DNA of 64,000 nucleotides. Origin: Amphiscolops sp. MND2022. Taxonomy: Eukaryota. The DNA is taken from positions 56,546,001 to 56,610,000 of the forward strand of contig OZ076409.1 of NCBI GenBank assembly GCA_964187785.1, given 5' to 3'. The translations under genes and the position numbers were made by a program. Under the pieces are notes generated by a model. That model ran no database searches, was not told the origin of the DNA, and saw only the letters and a program-made list of their open reading frames with translations. Positions 11,916 to 25,158 of this stretch are shown here, in pieces (the stretch's first letter is position 1; each line of letters starts with the position of its first letter).

Positions 11916-13986
11916 AAAGAGCAATTTGAGTAAATTTAAACCAAGCAATTTGAGTTTAAACCAAGCATTTTGGTAGTTCCTTTTATGAATTTTTGTCAAG
12001 ATGAAGTGCAAAACATTCCCAGGCAGAAACCTAAGGCTAGTTACTCCGAACAACATCGTATATGGGAACCCCATACGTGACATGCATGGCCACGGCAGCT
12101 TTTAGCAAGAAGTTGCAAGAGATTGTTAGAAACGAGCGTTACTCAAACTCGCGCAGGAAACTGACAATATCGTTGAGAGACTCGGAAGCTGCAAGTAAAT
12201 CACGAAAACAGAACAAAACGTGATACCATTTCGGACTAGAGAAAACTACTCAAGAAAATTTGTTCGCCCAGTTTTGGTTTTGTGAACCAGCGCCCTTTTC
12301 GGATACTTTCCTGATGTATACTGTGACAAAAAAATATTTACTTTGAAAAATTCATTTTTTTTTCGAAACCTGAAGTTTTTTGTTTGAAAAATAGGCCCCT
12401 CCGGGCACATTACTATTTCTGCTTTAATCTTTCATTATTATTATTACACTGCTTGTTTTAAAACCAAGATGATCTTGTTTTTAATAACCTAGGTAAAATT
12501 CCGTGTTTTTTAAATAATAGAATCATATCTGGAATACCAATACAGTGTTTAATCATTATTTAGCGCACAATTAATCACTGTACAAGTTTACACCACCTTT
12601 AATTCTTCTCGGACTAAAGAAAATATAACTACTAAGCGTAGACGAAGTTTCGCATTCGCATTTGAAGCCGCGAACGAATAATCAATACTCATTCTCTTCA
12701 TCTCAATGACGTCAGCGTACGAATGCATAATTACCACTCGCTCGTTCCATCGCACGAGTATTGAAATGTCGTCGGCAGCTTGAGAAATTTAATTCCCACG
12801 CTTAGAGTCACTGCCGAACAAATATCTGAATTCTTCAGTATCGTGCGAAGAATTGTACTGAAAAAAAAGTAGACATCTTGAGATTTCAATAATATTTTCC
12901 TGCTATCGCAGAAATAATAAATATCGTCCAAAATGGCACAGATACTTTTGAAAATTTTTTGACCGTATCATTCAATTTTGGCGTATCATTAGGAAGTGTA
13001 TATTTTGCTAGAGTCCTAGGAATATTTCGTCACTAAATTAATTCAAGGCGGAAAAAATGCGGTGCTCACCTTGCCTCTTGTCAGTAAAAGTTTTGATCAG
13101 TCGCTTTTACTTATTCGAAGTTTTTTTTCCAAACAGCACTGAAATGAAACAAATTAAATACTGCCAGAAATTTCCAAGATTCAGTTAAACTTTTAGAAAA
13201 TTTTTCTGCAGGGTCCCTGAATTTTCTAGGTTTTGTTTTTTAAAAAATGCTTCATAGATGAATGCAGCACGTAAATAGCTCCAGGAGTTTCGACAAAGGT
13301 CACTGTGAAATATTTGGATTGAAGTAATTTTAAAAAGATTACACAGTTGTTATTTTCGAGCCGTAGTTCTTGCAAAAATATAATATCCAATTTGCTTCGC
13401 TGTGATTATTCTTCATGTCTCCGTTTCGTTTTCAACCATCGTGAAAACTAAGTTCTTTCATGTGGCAAGAAGCTAACAGGAAACATTTCACATTTTTTGA
13501 CCAAAGCGTCGAATCGATCCATTTTCGTGAAGAAACGTTTGCAGGCAGCTGAAAAAACTTGCTGTTAATAAAAGATTTCAATCAGCGCGTGCAGAAAATC
13601 CCGAAATCGTATTCTATTAAGTGTTTACAAAAGATAAAAGAAGGAGGTTCCTCTAACTATGTCTCGATCGACAAGTTGCATCTAGCAAATATTACAATAG
13701 TTTTTAGCCTTTGTTCATTCCGCGAGAGAGTTCTTTCAGAGGCACTTATGAAAAGAGAATGGCGACATTGGAAGTGGCTTCACAGCCTGATTTTTAATCG
13801 CCGAATAGAAGTCCGTTCGAAAAGTATCCCAATACATTATATGCTCAGTTCAAGTGTAAAAACGGAGCCGACTGTTACATACAGTGACCATTCTCTTAGA
13901 AAGACGTCAGTAAGACGGGGTCTTGGTATAGATATGTTAGAGTATGCCATATAGTTGTGAAAGTGTATCAGCAACAACGAAAAAGG

Positions 13987-14529
13987 GGGGGAAGTAAATA
14001 ACTTCTAAATAAATAACTTCTAATTAATATAGTAAACAACTTCTAAATAAATAAGTTCTAAAATTATTTTAGTAAATAACTTCTAAATTTCAATGGCATC
14101 TAGTAAATAACTTCCAAACAGCTATTTTGACGTAATTATTTCCATAACGTCGTTAGCTATGTTCACATACCCCTAGTTCCCTAAATGCAGGAGCGAAGCG
14201 AAGCGGAGCGACGTGCCATATGGCCATGCCTCAATGTTGCTACTTGGCGAAGGGAGCGAAGCGACCGAGCCATACAACAAATATGCTAATCTTTTCAAAT
14301 AACAGTTTTCGGAATAATAGAACGGTAAGTTTATTTTCGGAATAATGGAACGGTTAATTTATTTTCGGAATAATGAATAGCAATCTTTACTAGAATGATT
14401 TTAGAAGTTACCAGACGCAAATGCATTTTAGAAGTTATTTACTAATATAATTTTAGAACTTATTTATTTAGAAGTTATTTACTAATATAATTTTAGTACT
14501 TATTTATTTAGAAGTTATTTACGTGATCC
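13987..14529. mobile_element. MULE/foldback-like MITE
   Basis: Long inverted arms built of TAAATAACTTCTAA / TTAGAAGTTATTTA units; flanking direct repeat GAAAAAGG (13979-13986, 14530-14537; 9 bp if the preceding C is counted). Confidence 0.8.
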
Positions 14530-14908
14530 GAAAAAGGTACATATGGGAAAGAAAGGCCAAGATTACTTCCTAGAAAAAACGAACTCCAAGTGTGAAAAGT
14601 TGCAGATGTTGTTAAAGTTAGCAGTGCTGGTGGGTGGTATCAATTTTACAGACAAGAGTGCGCGTTTCTTTTAAAGGCATGACTACTCATCCAAAAAAAT
14701 CCAGGATCTCCTGAAATACTTCACACTACGAAAGGTCATTTCTCGGTTTTTTACTGGCGTACATCATTACTTAGAAGTAAAAACTTAAGAAAAGAACAGT
14801 GCATGAATTCACTGACAGTGTTCTAGTAACCAGTTAACAAAAATTTTTTTCTTACCAGTTTTTTTGAGTTTCTTCCTCCTCAACTAATCAGCTCAATGTT
14901 TTGACCGC

Positions 14909-15094
14909 TGTTGTATTCTGATATCTCTATTGAAAACGCTGTATAAAATAACGAGGTTTTTTCTAGCTCAGTTTGTATCGTAATGAAGTCGAGCTTTAAT
15001 TATAGAACTAAATGTATGTTGGTAAATACAAACATAAAATGGCAACGGATTGTTTATCGTGTTTATCAACAGGTTTCATTTCTGTTATTCTTCA
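14909..15094 (-). repeat. 3' LTR of the Gypsy element
   Basis: 186 bp; 8 substitutions versus 20702-20887 by manual comparison (~96% identity). Confidence 0.97.
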
Positions 15095-15103
15095 TTTCGC
15101 CCT
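15095..15103 (-). promoter_or_regulatory. Polypurine tract (AGGGCGAAA) of the Gypsy element
   Basis: Purine-rich run immediately before the 3' LTR on the minus strand. Confidence 0.65.
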
Positions 15104-18100
15104 ATGTGATTGGATGAGAGCTATCCAATTGGGTTTCGTTGCCGTCTAGGTTGTTGCTGTGATCGGTATCCCGTCCACGTCTTGTCGTCGTTGTATCCGG
15201 GTTTCCTAGATTCGGATTGTTGGTTTTCCGTGACTGGTTTGTTTGTGGTTGTGAGCGGATTATTGGTTTTCCTCGCTGTCCCGCTGCAGCATCTCTTCTG
15301 ATGTCTCCAGTTGTAGTGACAGGTTTAGTCGTTCTGCGGCGTTTCCTGTAATCAGATTGGTTAACTGGGTTATTTAGTCTAATAACCGGGTTCGTTTTTG
15401 TTAGGCGTTTTGACCGGCGTAGGCTAATTTCTTGTAAGTTTTCTGTTTCCTTATCAATTTCAGTGCTAGAGCTAAGGTTACTTGCTAAATCTAGGTCTGA
15501 GTCAGTAGTGTTAAATACCTTACCGTTTGTGTCTTTAATGTGTAGTTCTTGCCCTGAATGTTGAGTGTCGTTGATGATCTGTTCTATGTCGGATTCCGAC
15601 ATTTGTTCGGCGTTGATGGTGAGGGGCCCCATTGTTTTATTTTTGTTTGTTCCCGGTTGTTTCTCCGGTGAAGCTGGTTGTTCCCTGTTTCTTATCAATT
15701 TTGGCTTTCCTCTACCAATTGTTCCGTGTTTTCGATTGCTTGTCGGTTCTGGGCTGGTGTCCCATTGCTCTTCCTCTGATTGAAATGGTTCGGGGGTGAC
15801 TGGTGTTTTGTCTTCTTTGCGGGCGAATCGTCCATCCGGCCCTCTTGGTCCGGTTCCTCTGTTGGAAGGTTCCTGTTCGAATGGTGTAATTGGTTTACTG
15901 ATTAGTTTACGGTGAATGATTTTATTATCAGCCGTAGTTACGGTATGGTCTGTTCCTTTTATGGCAGTTTGTAATTGGTCGGAGAATGGGCTTTCAAATT
16001 TTGATTTTGAAATTTTTCTGTTCAAAAAATTGAAACGGGTATTTACTAACTGTCTTTGTTGATTTTCTCTTTTGCTTCAAAGGTAGATGGTCGGAACTAC
16101 TGCCTTCTCCGCTGAATGTGTAAATCTGTAGGGTTTCTGATTTTGCTGAAACGGAATAGTTATTCGTTAGTTTTTTAATTTCTTTTAGTTTTAGCATATT
16201 GCTCAGGTCCGTATTCGGTTCTCTACCGAAGTGTAGTTCAAATGCCGATTTTTTTATTCTAGTATGTGGGGTTGTTCGCATTACTCCTAGTGCCAAGTCA
16301 AGCGGTTTTCCGAAAGGTTCGCCCGCCTTGATGTTAGTTAGAAGGTTTTCTTTTAGCGTTCTCACCCCTCGTTCTACTAGACCGGTGGGGGTGTGAATGT
16401 ACGGTGTAATTATAGTGAGATATAATTCTTTTTGCAGAACTCTCTAAAGTAGTGACCCGTGAACGCTGACGATTTATTGGTTGGTATCGTTTTTGGTATT
16501 CCGTTTAACTGAATATATTGTTGAAGAATATTTACCGCCGTTTTTCCGTCTGTTGATTTAAATAGACTGGCTGCCGGCCATTTGCTATACCGGTCCATGG
16601 AGAGTAGAATGTAAACTCTACGGTTCTCTTCCGTGATTGGTCCGATGAAATCCAATTGGATTACTTCGTTCGGTGAACTTAATGGTGGTAAATGATTTTT
16701 TTCTGTTTCAGGTATATCTCTTTTAGGATTCTTACCGGAGAGTTTACACGGTATGCAGCTGTCACATTTTCTTTGTATCGCTTCTGTGATTTTCGGCCAC
16801 CAGAAGTGTTTTGCCGCCATTGTCATCTTGTTTATGGTGGGGTGGCCCTTGTGAAGAAGTGTGATGACAGTTGTCCTTAGGTTTGCAGGGACGATAATTT
16901 TCTCCTCAAAGAATACCAGTCCGTATCTTGTAGATAATTTCCGTTTGTACTGGTTGTACTCTTCTGGGATGCTGTCGAATTGTTTTCTTTCGAGGCAGAC
17001 GAGGGTTTTCAGCAGTTTTCGGTCATTACTTGTCTCCGTCATTAATAGTTGGAGATCCGTGGCGAATTCTTTTTCGGTCTCTCTGACGGTATTTTCGTGA
17101 TCCCAATTGTTTGGTTCTAATGCTTGTATCCTCGGGGCGTGTCCCATTTTGATGTATTGGGTTTCTGATCCTTGTATATTTTGACACTTTTTATTCCGAG
17201 GTAGTTAGCCCAGTTCATTGTGGGTACTTCCAGTACCGACGGTGCCATTTCCGAGTCACTGGAAATTTCTCCTTCTTCCATCGGTGTTTCGTCCGGTGTA
17301 TGGCTTGTTGTCGGACGTGTTGATGAGGTGCCGGCCCTGTTGATTTCTTGAGGAATGAATCCTCCTTGGTAGTTTCTGGTTTCTTTGAATTGCCAGTCAG
17401 GGAAGTAATTGGTTTGCTGTTGTTGATTTCTGATCTCTACGGCTGGTCTTTCCAGTCGTATGATTATTTCCATTAACTTCTCTTCGATAACTCTTCTCTC
17501 ATTTCGGAGGACTTTTGGCTCATGGTATTTCTTCCATTTGCCGTTCGATAGTCGGTAAATTCCCGGCTTTACTATCTTTCGCCATCTTTCAGTAGGATTT
17601 GCCGTCTCTTGGGACGAATCAATTCTCTCAAGGTTATCGATTGTTTTGGCGTCCATCGTCAGTAAATTTACGTCGCTATGTGAAATGCGATTAAGGCTGT
17701 GAATGGCGTTTTGTTTGCGTGTGTTGTCCAATAACCGGTATTTGTTTGCTTTTGTCAAGTTTGCTGCTCCGCTCGTTGGATGTGATTGGTTGAAATGGTT
17801 GCTAAGGCAACCGAATTTTGAAACAAATCCGTAGTGAGGTGTTACGCTGTTTATAACGTATTCTTCGTCGTATACGTCATCGTTTTGCGCCGGTGCGGTA
17901 GGATTTCTACTCAAGTAATCGGTAAGCGCTAGATGTTTTCCAGCGATATGGTTCACATTTACTGTAAAGTGTGCTAGGCGATCGAGTCAGCGCGTTAAAC
18001 GCGCACTGTATGTTTTGTTGGATCGGTTGCGCTTTTTTAGTGGTTCTAGGGCTTGATGATCCGTCAATCATTTGACGGGTTTTCCATAGATGTATAAGCG

Positions 18101-20657
18101 GAAATGTTCTTAGCCCCAGACAACCGCTAATAATTCCAACTCGTTTATTGCGTATTTTTTTTTCTGGGTCCGATAGAAATCTGCTTGCGAATGCTATCGG
18201 TTTCAAGTCTCCGTTGTCTTGTTCTTGCCAGAGAGTTGCGCCTAGGCCTTTTGTACTGGCGTCTGTTGTTATAGTGTTCGGTCAAACGGAGCTATAATGA
18301 GCGAGACACGGTATTTCCGTGATTTTGCGTTTTAACTGGTTAAATGCTTCGGAGTGTTCCGTTGTCCAGTTCCAGTTGTTTTTCTTTTTTAATAACTGTC
18401 TCAATGAGTCTGTCTGTGCTGACAGATTTTCAATGTATTTTGACCAATACTAGATTGCGCCTAAGAAGGATTTGAGTTCCTTCTAGTTTTTTGGTTCTTT
18501 TAATTCTTGTAATGCTTTCAGTTTGTCTTGCAACGGTCTAATACCGTTTTGATCACTTTTATGACCTATCCACTCTATTTCGGATTTGAAAAACTCTGAT
18601 TTATTCTCACTGAGTCTATAACCTGCGTTTTCTAGTTTATTTAGTACATCGGTTAACTCACGTTTGTGTTGTTCTTTTGTCCCTTTTGTGACAATAAGTA
18701 TGTCGTCTAGCCACGCCGGATGTTTGTTCTCCAGTGTTTGGTCGATCTTTTCTTGAAAAATGGTCGGGGTGTCCGCCAATCCGTAAAATCCTCTTTTGAA
18801 TCTTTCTGTAGTATCCGGTGAAGTTAGCCCCAGTTATTGCGAATATACATAGGTCCATTGGGTGTTTTGATAGCTGCATTTGGCCGTATGCATAATCCAG
18901 ATCCAGTTTTGATATCCAGATTAGGTCGGTTTCTCCGTCTGCTATTTTTCTTGATATTCGGGATATCACCTCCTCAGCATTTGGCATTTGTGCGTTTCTT
19001 TTCACGGTTTTTTCGTTTAATTTCCGTGAGTCTAAGGCAATTTTAACCGTTTTTTCTTTCTTAACGGTAATTACTGCTGGGCTTACGAAACAATTTTCGT
19101 CTATATTTGTTGCTCTTTCTATATGCCCGTTTTCCTTCAGCTTCTCTATTTCTCTACCGACTGCTGGCTGTAAATGTATCGGTATTGGTCGGCCTTTCTG
19201 TTGTATCAGCTTTGCATCCGGTTTCAGCTGAATGTCTACCTCTACTCCCTTTACCGTTTTATTTTCATGGAATAGCTTTGTAACCTTTCTTTTCAGCTCT
19301 GTTACGTCCGGATTTTCTTGGATGTTTTGTATTTTCAGGTTAGATTTTTCTGTATCTAATTTGATTCCCAATTGGTTCATCCAGTCCAGGCCGAGTAGTG
19401 GATTTGTTCTTTTTGTTGTTATTAGTAGTTCTAAGTTTTTTGTTTCTCCATTGATTTCTACTTTCGCCATGGTTTTTCCTTCGAACTTTATTTTGTTGTT
19501 GTTGACATTCCTGTATTCCGTAATTAATGGCTGTATTGGTGTTATTTGGTTAAATAATTGATTTGGTACCAGTGTGACCGGTGATCCACTATCAATTATA
19601 AGTTTGATTGGTCGCTTATTAACCGATGCTGTTGTAGTGAAGAATGGTTGTCCGTCTTTGGGGTTCTGTTTTGTTGAATGGACAGTTCTTGTGATGAGAT
19701 GTATTTTGTTTGGTGACCATTCGTCTTTTTCTGCGCTGGATGCCTCCGATTCCGGGTGGATGTGTTTTATTTTCCAGTCCGTCTTTTTTTGGTTCAACAG
19801 AGTTTCGCGTAGTGACCGATTTTGCCGCAATTTAAACATTTTTTTGTTTTTGCCGGACAATCGTGAAGTTTGCTCCAATTCGGTGCACCACATCTGATAC
19901 AGTCGACTTTTCTGAATTTGTTTGACTTTTCTTTTTACGGTTTTTGATAGTTTCGTTTTCTATCCACATGTTTTATTTTGGTTTCTTCTTCTGAATCTCG
20001 TGATTCGTTCATTTTTTCGTACATGTATTCGTGGATTGAGTCGGTAATTGCTTCCACCGACATGTCTCCTTTTTTGATTTTCTTTTTAAGTTCGGTATCT
20101 CCGGTTCATTTTCCGATGGCCGAGAGAAATTTTGATGCTAACAGTTCTGCTGCTGTTATTTCTTCGAATTCGCAGTTTTTTCTATCTCCAGAATTCGGTT
20201 CCAAATTTCGGCTGCCGTTTCTCCTGGTTATCTTTTCAGGTTGAAAAAATCGGCTCTGCTATGGTGTTTATTCCGTTCCGGAATAAAATGTAGCCTGAAT
20301 AGTGCCTATAGACGGTATAATGGTACGGAAGTTGATTTCTTTTCTCTTACCGTCTTCGTCATTTCTGTTAATGCTGACTGTCCAATCGCCCAGATGAAGA
20401 CGTCTTTTATTTCTTCTTCTAGTTGGTCTCTGTATTGTGGCAACACTTCTTTGGAGTTTGTCATTTTTGATAGGTCCAACTCTCGGGTCATTTTTATGTA
20501 TTGGACGAACTTTCTGCACCAGAGTTATGCACTGGTGTGATCATTTTTCTCCAAGATCGGAATGGGTAACTTTTGTATAGTCGTCCGTTCAACCGATCGT
20601 GTGGTAGCATGAGCGGTTGCTCGTTTCTCCTATGGAGTTGTTTTGTTCTTCTTCCAT
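15102..20657 (-). pseudogene. Gypsy gag-pol, disrupted by several stops and frameshifts
   Basis: Gag double knuckle CIRCGAPNWSKLHDCPA...CLNCGKIGHYAKLC; protease IIDSGSP; RT LDLDYAY...WLDD; RNase H TTDAS...PIAFASRFLS...YLSRNP; integrase HKGH...CDSCIPC, QLDFIGP, VERGVRTLK. Confidence 0.93.
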
Positions 20658-20688
20658 TGTGGTGAAGATTTTTCTGATAGTTCAGAAT

Positions 20689-20701
20689 GTTGACTGCGCC
20701 A
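20689..20701 (-). promoter_or_regulatory. Primer-binding site TGGCGCAGTCAAC (tRNA-Ser-like)
   Basis: Directly follows the 5' LTR; complementary to the ...GACTGCG-CCA 3' end of invertebrate tRNA-Ser (recalled, not searched). Confidence 0.75.
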
Positions 20702-20887
20702 TGTTGTATTCTGATATCTCTATTGAAAATGCTGTGTAAAATAACGATGTTTTTTCTAGCTCAGTTTGTATCGTAATGAAATCGAGCTTTAAATATAGAA
20801 CTAAATGTATGTTGATAAACACAAACATAAAATGGCAACGGATTGTTTATCGTGTTTATCAACAGGTTTCCTTTCTGTTATTCTTCA
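20702..20887 (-). repeat. 5' LTR of the Gypsy element
   Basis: Direct repeat of 14909-15094. Confidence 0.97.
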
Positions 20888-23114
20888 ACCGCTTTGAACG
20901 AAAATGCGATTTTAACCAAGACCCTGTCTTTAGACCCTAACTGAAACTGTTATAAGTAAGTTTCAGTAGTATAGCACAGTTATCGTGACTTTTGAAACTC
21001 TGATTTGAACTTTCGCTGGATTAGACTTTGATCAAGCTGACTGAGATTTCATACTTTAGGGCAGTTTGCAGTGTTGAGGAATATCAGATTTTGTTTATGC
21101 ATTGAATATTTTTAGTCATCATTCAAACATTGTCCGTGCTGGTGAAAGGATCCTGAAAAATGTTGCCAAGGTCACTTTTGACTGTTATGATAGAAATATG
21201 GGATCTGAATGTTAACGTTACATGCTCTTTTAGCCGTAAGAATGGTTTTCAACGCAGCATGTGCTGAAGCCGCTTATAAATGCTGGACTGTCAACTATTA
21301 CATTGGAGGTTCGAAGCTCGGCTTTTCATTGTTTAGTATGAGGCTTTCATGGTTTTTACCGTGGTCCACCAATTGCTACCACAAAAGCTGCAGATGATAT
21401 TTGTGAATTTTGAAAGATTGCTATCCACAAGTATAACTTTTTCATATAACGCTAGTGAGAACTAAAAAAAACAGAAAAATGTCAAAATCTTTCTGAATTG
21501 TAATAAGTACAGTGTGGTTTTTAAACAGTTTCAAAATTTAAAAAACAACAAAAAAATCACTTTCGCATATCAATAGTTTTTCAAAAATTCAGCTAATAGT
21601 TCTCTGGAAAAATCGCAATTTCCTATCTCAATTCTTCTACAAACACATCGAAACAGTTTACAATTAAAAACTTCTACAAATTTGGAAACTAATTGATGCA
21701 TTTTTGCATCTGAAGTTTAAAAATGGCCTCTCGAAAACATTATTTTCCTTGCTTCCGTCCTGGCGAGACCCATTCCCTTCCAAAAAATAACGCAAAGGTT
21801 TCAGATTTGGTGTGTTCCAAACTTTGTATGTGCTTCTTTAGATACAGCAAAAATAATGTTAAGATCGAAAAAATAAAAAAAGTTGCCCTCTGCTTTCTGT
21901 CGGTCGTAACAATTTTCAGATCGTAGGCGAACTCCCAAACTGAGCTTTTTCTTAACTTGAAATATCCAGAAACCAAAATAGTGAATAAACATTTTTTTGT
22001 TCAATTTTTTTTCGAAGATATTACTCGAATAGTGCTAAAACGTGAAAACGGGACAATTTCTGTTTTGAAAATGATATTTGCAAACAGAAAACTTGATAGA
22101 ATCAAAAGGAAGACACCTGGTGAAATGAAAAGTTTCCGGAAAAGTGCAGATATTTCTTGATCTCATTCAGGATTTAGTTGAAAATGCAAATGTGAAGTAA
22201 TCATTGGAGATCTTACGCCAAATAAAAACTTGTACCAAAAGTCTGTTTAAAAATCACGCAGAGTCGATACACTCTAAAGTGAGGACCATTTTGTCGCCAC
22301 CATTTGTTTAAACATGAAAAAAGTTTAGTCTAGCGCAGAATTTAAACTCAGGGAGTCCTGCTTCCAAGGTGCAGCCAAGCCAGACACCCACGGCAACTGC
22401 TACACTAAGTGGCTAATACTTTATAGCTATAACCTGGTCTGGTAGTTTGAAGCGGGAACTGTTGCATAAAAAAAAGATTTTCGCAGAACCGAAGGTTTTT
22501 ATATTAGAAAACAAATTCAAAAAACAAAATGATCGAGTTGATAGCGAGGTGTTACTTTATATAATTTCATTTGCAATGGTGGGAGCTGCAGTGTAATTCT
22601 ACAGTTTTTCCCGATAATCTCTCAAAGGTTTCCACTTATGTAATGTCTATTACCCTTTAATATGGATTGCAGCTAGCATCTTGCGCGGATCCACTGAACA
22701 ACTGGTTTAAAACTGTTTAGTTTTTTTTGAAACAGTGATCGCGTGGTCAGAGTCTTTGCAACAAAACATATACTTCGAAATTAATTTTAATTTGTATCGC
22801 TAACACCAAAAAATCTTTTTCTGTGCAGAGTTCTTTCATTCAGAAAGTTGTAGACTTACTGTCTTTTCATTTTTTTAAATTTTGTTTTTGTAATCGATCC
22901 AATCAATACGCTACATGACCGGGTAAAAGCGCTATTTGTTTTTCTGTGCACCAAGGTAATTTTTTGAACCGTTGCAAGTTAATTTAGTTTTCATTAGTTG
23001 AGCATTAATTTTGAAAGCTTACCACTCCTTCTAAGTTTTTTCTGTGACCGTAAATGATAAAGTTTTAAATTATTCAGGCAGTGAAAAAAAACGTTCTTCT
23101 TACATGGGCGTGAA

Positions 23115-23606
23115 GGTATGCGGAAAACTCGTCGAAAACAACTCGCCGAATGCAACTCGTCGAAAACAACTCGTCGAAAGTAAAGGGCGGAAAACTGGTC
23201 GAAAAGTAACTCGTCGAACAGAAATTGAGTGCAAACTCGTCGAATAATTACAGATTGCCCACAGGGATTATCAAGTGCTAATTATGGATCAATTTTCAAT
23301 AATTGATGCGTGAAATTTTCAGTTTCACGCATAAAATAGCTTTTGTAGTTATATAATTGCTTGAAATGTTTCACTTTCATAGTTTACAGTGCAGTACTCC
23401 ATAATAATTTAGAACTTCATAACACGGTAAGATTACAAAGTTAGCACTATATTTCCCTCAGATTATTTTCTGTTCTTGCGACGAGTTTACCGCCGGAGAA
23501 TTTTCGGCGAGTTGCTTTTCGACGAGTTTTCCGCCTAGTATTTTCGATCAGTTGTTTTCGGCGAGTTGTTTTCGACGAGTTGTTTTTGACGAGTTTTCCT
23601 AGATTC
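23115..23606. mobile_element. MULE-like MITE with 9-bp TSD
   Basis: Exact TSD GGGCGTGAA (23106-23114, 23607-23615); inverted arms of AACTCGTCGAAAAC / GTTTTCGACGAGTT units; G...C termini. Confidence 0.9.
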
Positions 23607-24445
23607 GGGCGTGAATCGTACGCCCTTACGAGATAAGAATATTCCGGTTAAGAAACTTTTCTTGAAAAAAAATTTTCTAGAAAATTTTCCTCGAAGAAAT
23701 GCCGTTATTGATTTGGATTCTGATCATAAGTTCTGCTTATAGTTCAACCAGGCTTATGATATTTATATCAGCTAAGTGCAGTTTTTTTATAGCTCTTTGA
23801 GTGAACATGCTGAACTAGACTTGAAAATTGCTGGATCAGAGCAAACACACAAAACAGGCCCCGTACGGAAGAAGGCCGAGGCATATAATCAATGTGAAAG
23901 CTCTACCATTTTCTTATGAAAGCATTTTCCCATAATCAAACTCAACTTGCTTGCCCTTCGTAGAAATCTCAAAGCTCACATGGGGGAACACTGATTCAAT
24001 TCAGCGACATAAAGTTACAATTCAACCAAATAATTGGTTTAGAAATACGTGTATTGTGAGAAATTGAAATGCAGACACGCAAAATCATCTTAGAATATCT
24101 TTAGCTACAAAATTTTTGAAAGTCCGGTTGTCTTTTGTTGTTTAAATACAAAGAGCAACATTCTCAACGAAAAAAGGATGAATTTCATGATTTTTGTCAT
24201 TATTATACAAAGTTCTAGTGACCCAGCTAAGGCGCGAGAATTTTTCAAATAAGTTCTAGAAAAGTTGATATCTGATACTGATATATTTTCAAATTGTGGA
24301 ACGTAATTCTTACAAAAGACGCTACTCCGACTAAGGAAATCTAAGGAGTTACCGAAGTTCAGGACTTCGCGATACTAAGCATTTGAGTCATTTTTCCCGA
24401 AAAAAAAACAGATCCTCCATTGAACTACCCGGTCTGTAATTGCTA

Positions 24446-25158
24446 ACAAGCCGGAAGGGCCCAAGTCGGCGCCCACTCAAGGTTCAAAAAAGTAAATTTT
24501 TTTTGTATATGTTATAGTTAAAATTTTATCATTTTTACATTACCAAAAAATACCCGAAGATACGGGATACGAATAAGACTCGAGAACATTTTTTTCACCG
24601 ACTGGAAACAACAAAAAACTTCGGAAAAGTCGAGTTGTGCAGAAAACCCTAAGGAGTTTTCTATGCTCGCAAAACGTTTCGTTTCTAGTGAAAATAAAGG
24701 GGGGCTTCGATATAAACAAATCAGAAAAATGTCGAATCGTGTCGAAAAAAATTGCCGTTCTAAAAAAAAGTTCGGGTGCAGCATACTGTTCCACTGAGGA
24801 AACCTAATTTCAAGACTAAAAATTATCGTTCCAAAAAATCACACAATGCCGAAAATTGTCAAAGGGGAACAACCCTTTGGGCTGGGACTCTTTGCAGACA
24901 TTGAAAAATTTTCAAAAAAAAGTCTCACAAAGCCAAAAAAAGTGGCAGTTGGAACCCTTTAGACTCGTCCGATTTTGCATATGCATGAAAAAGTTTCTGG
25001 CTGAAGCAGGGACCCAAACCCGCGACAGGTGGGTTCCCACTAAACAGATTAACCTCTCTGCCAAAAAGTGATACATACAGGGTAAGCTCTGTGGTCTGAC
25101 GAAAAAAAGAAATAGCCACTGAAATAAACGGGCTTTTTTCGCAAAAAGCGCTGACTAA
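24446..25158 (-). mobile_element. Helentron/HINE-like element, family B, copy 2
   Basis: ACAAGCCGGAAGGGCCCAAGTCGGCGC ... GCGCTGACTAAAA; ends match 9104-9630. Confidence 0.65.

Larger units (their letters stand above)
14909..20887 (-). mobile_element. Full-length decayed Ty3/Gypsy LTR retrotransposon (Mag-like)
   Basis: Two 186-bp TG...CA LTRs; TSD ACCGC (14904-14908, 20888-20892); PBS and PPT; domain order gag-PR-RT-RH-IN. Confidence 0.97.

Noticed and set aside
13070..13139. Minus-strand exon candidate (TTTCAG...GTGAG)
   Set aside because: Stop codons in all three frames
15110..20540. Short plus-strand ORFs inside the Gypsy element
   Set aside because: Antisense shadows of gag-pol codon usage
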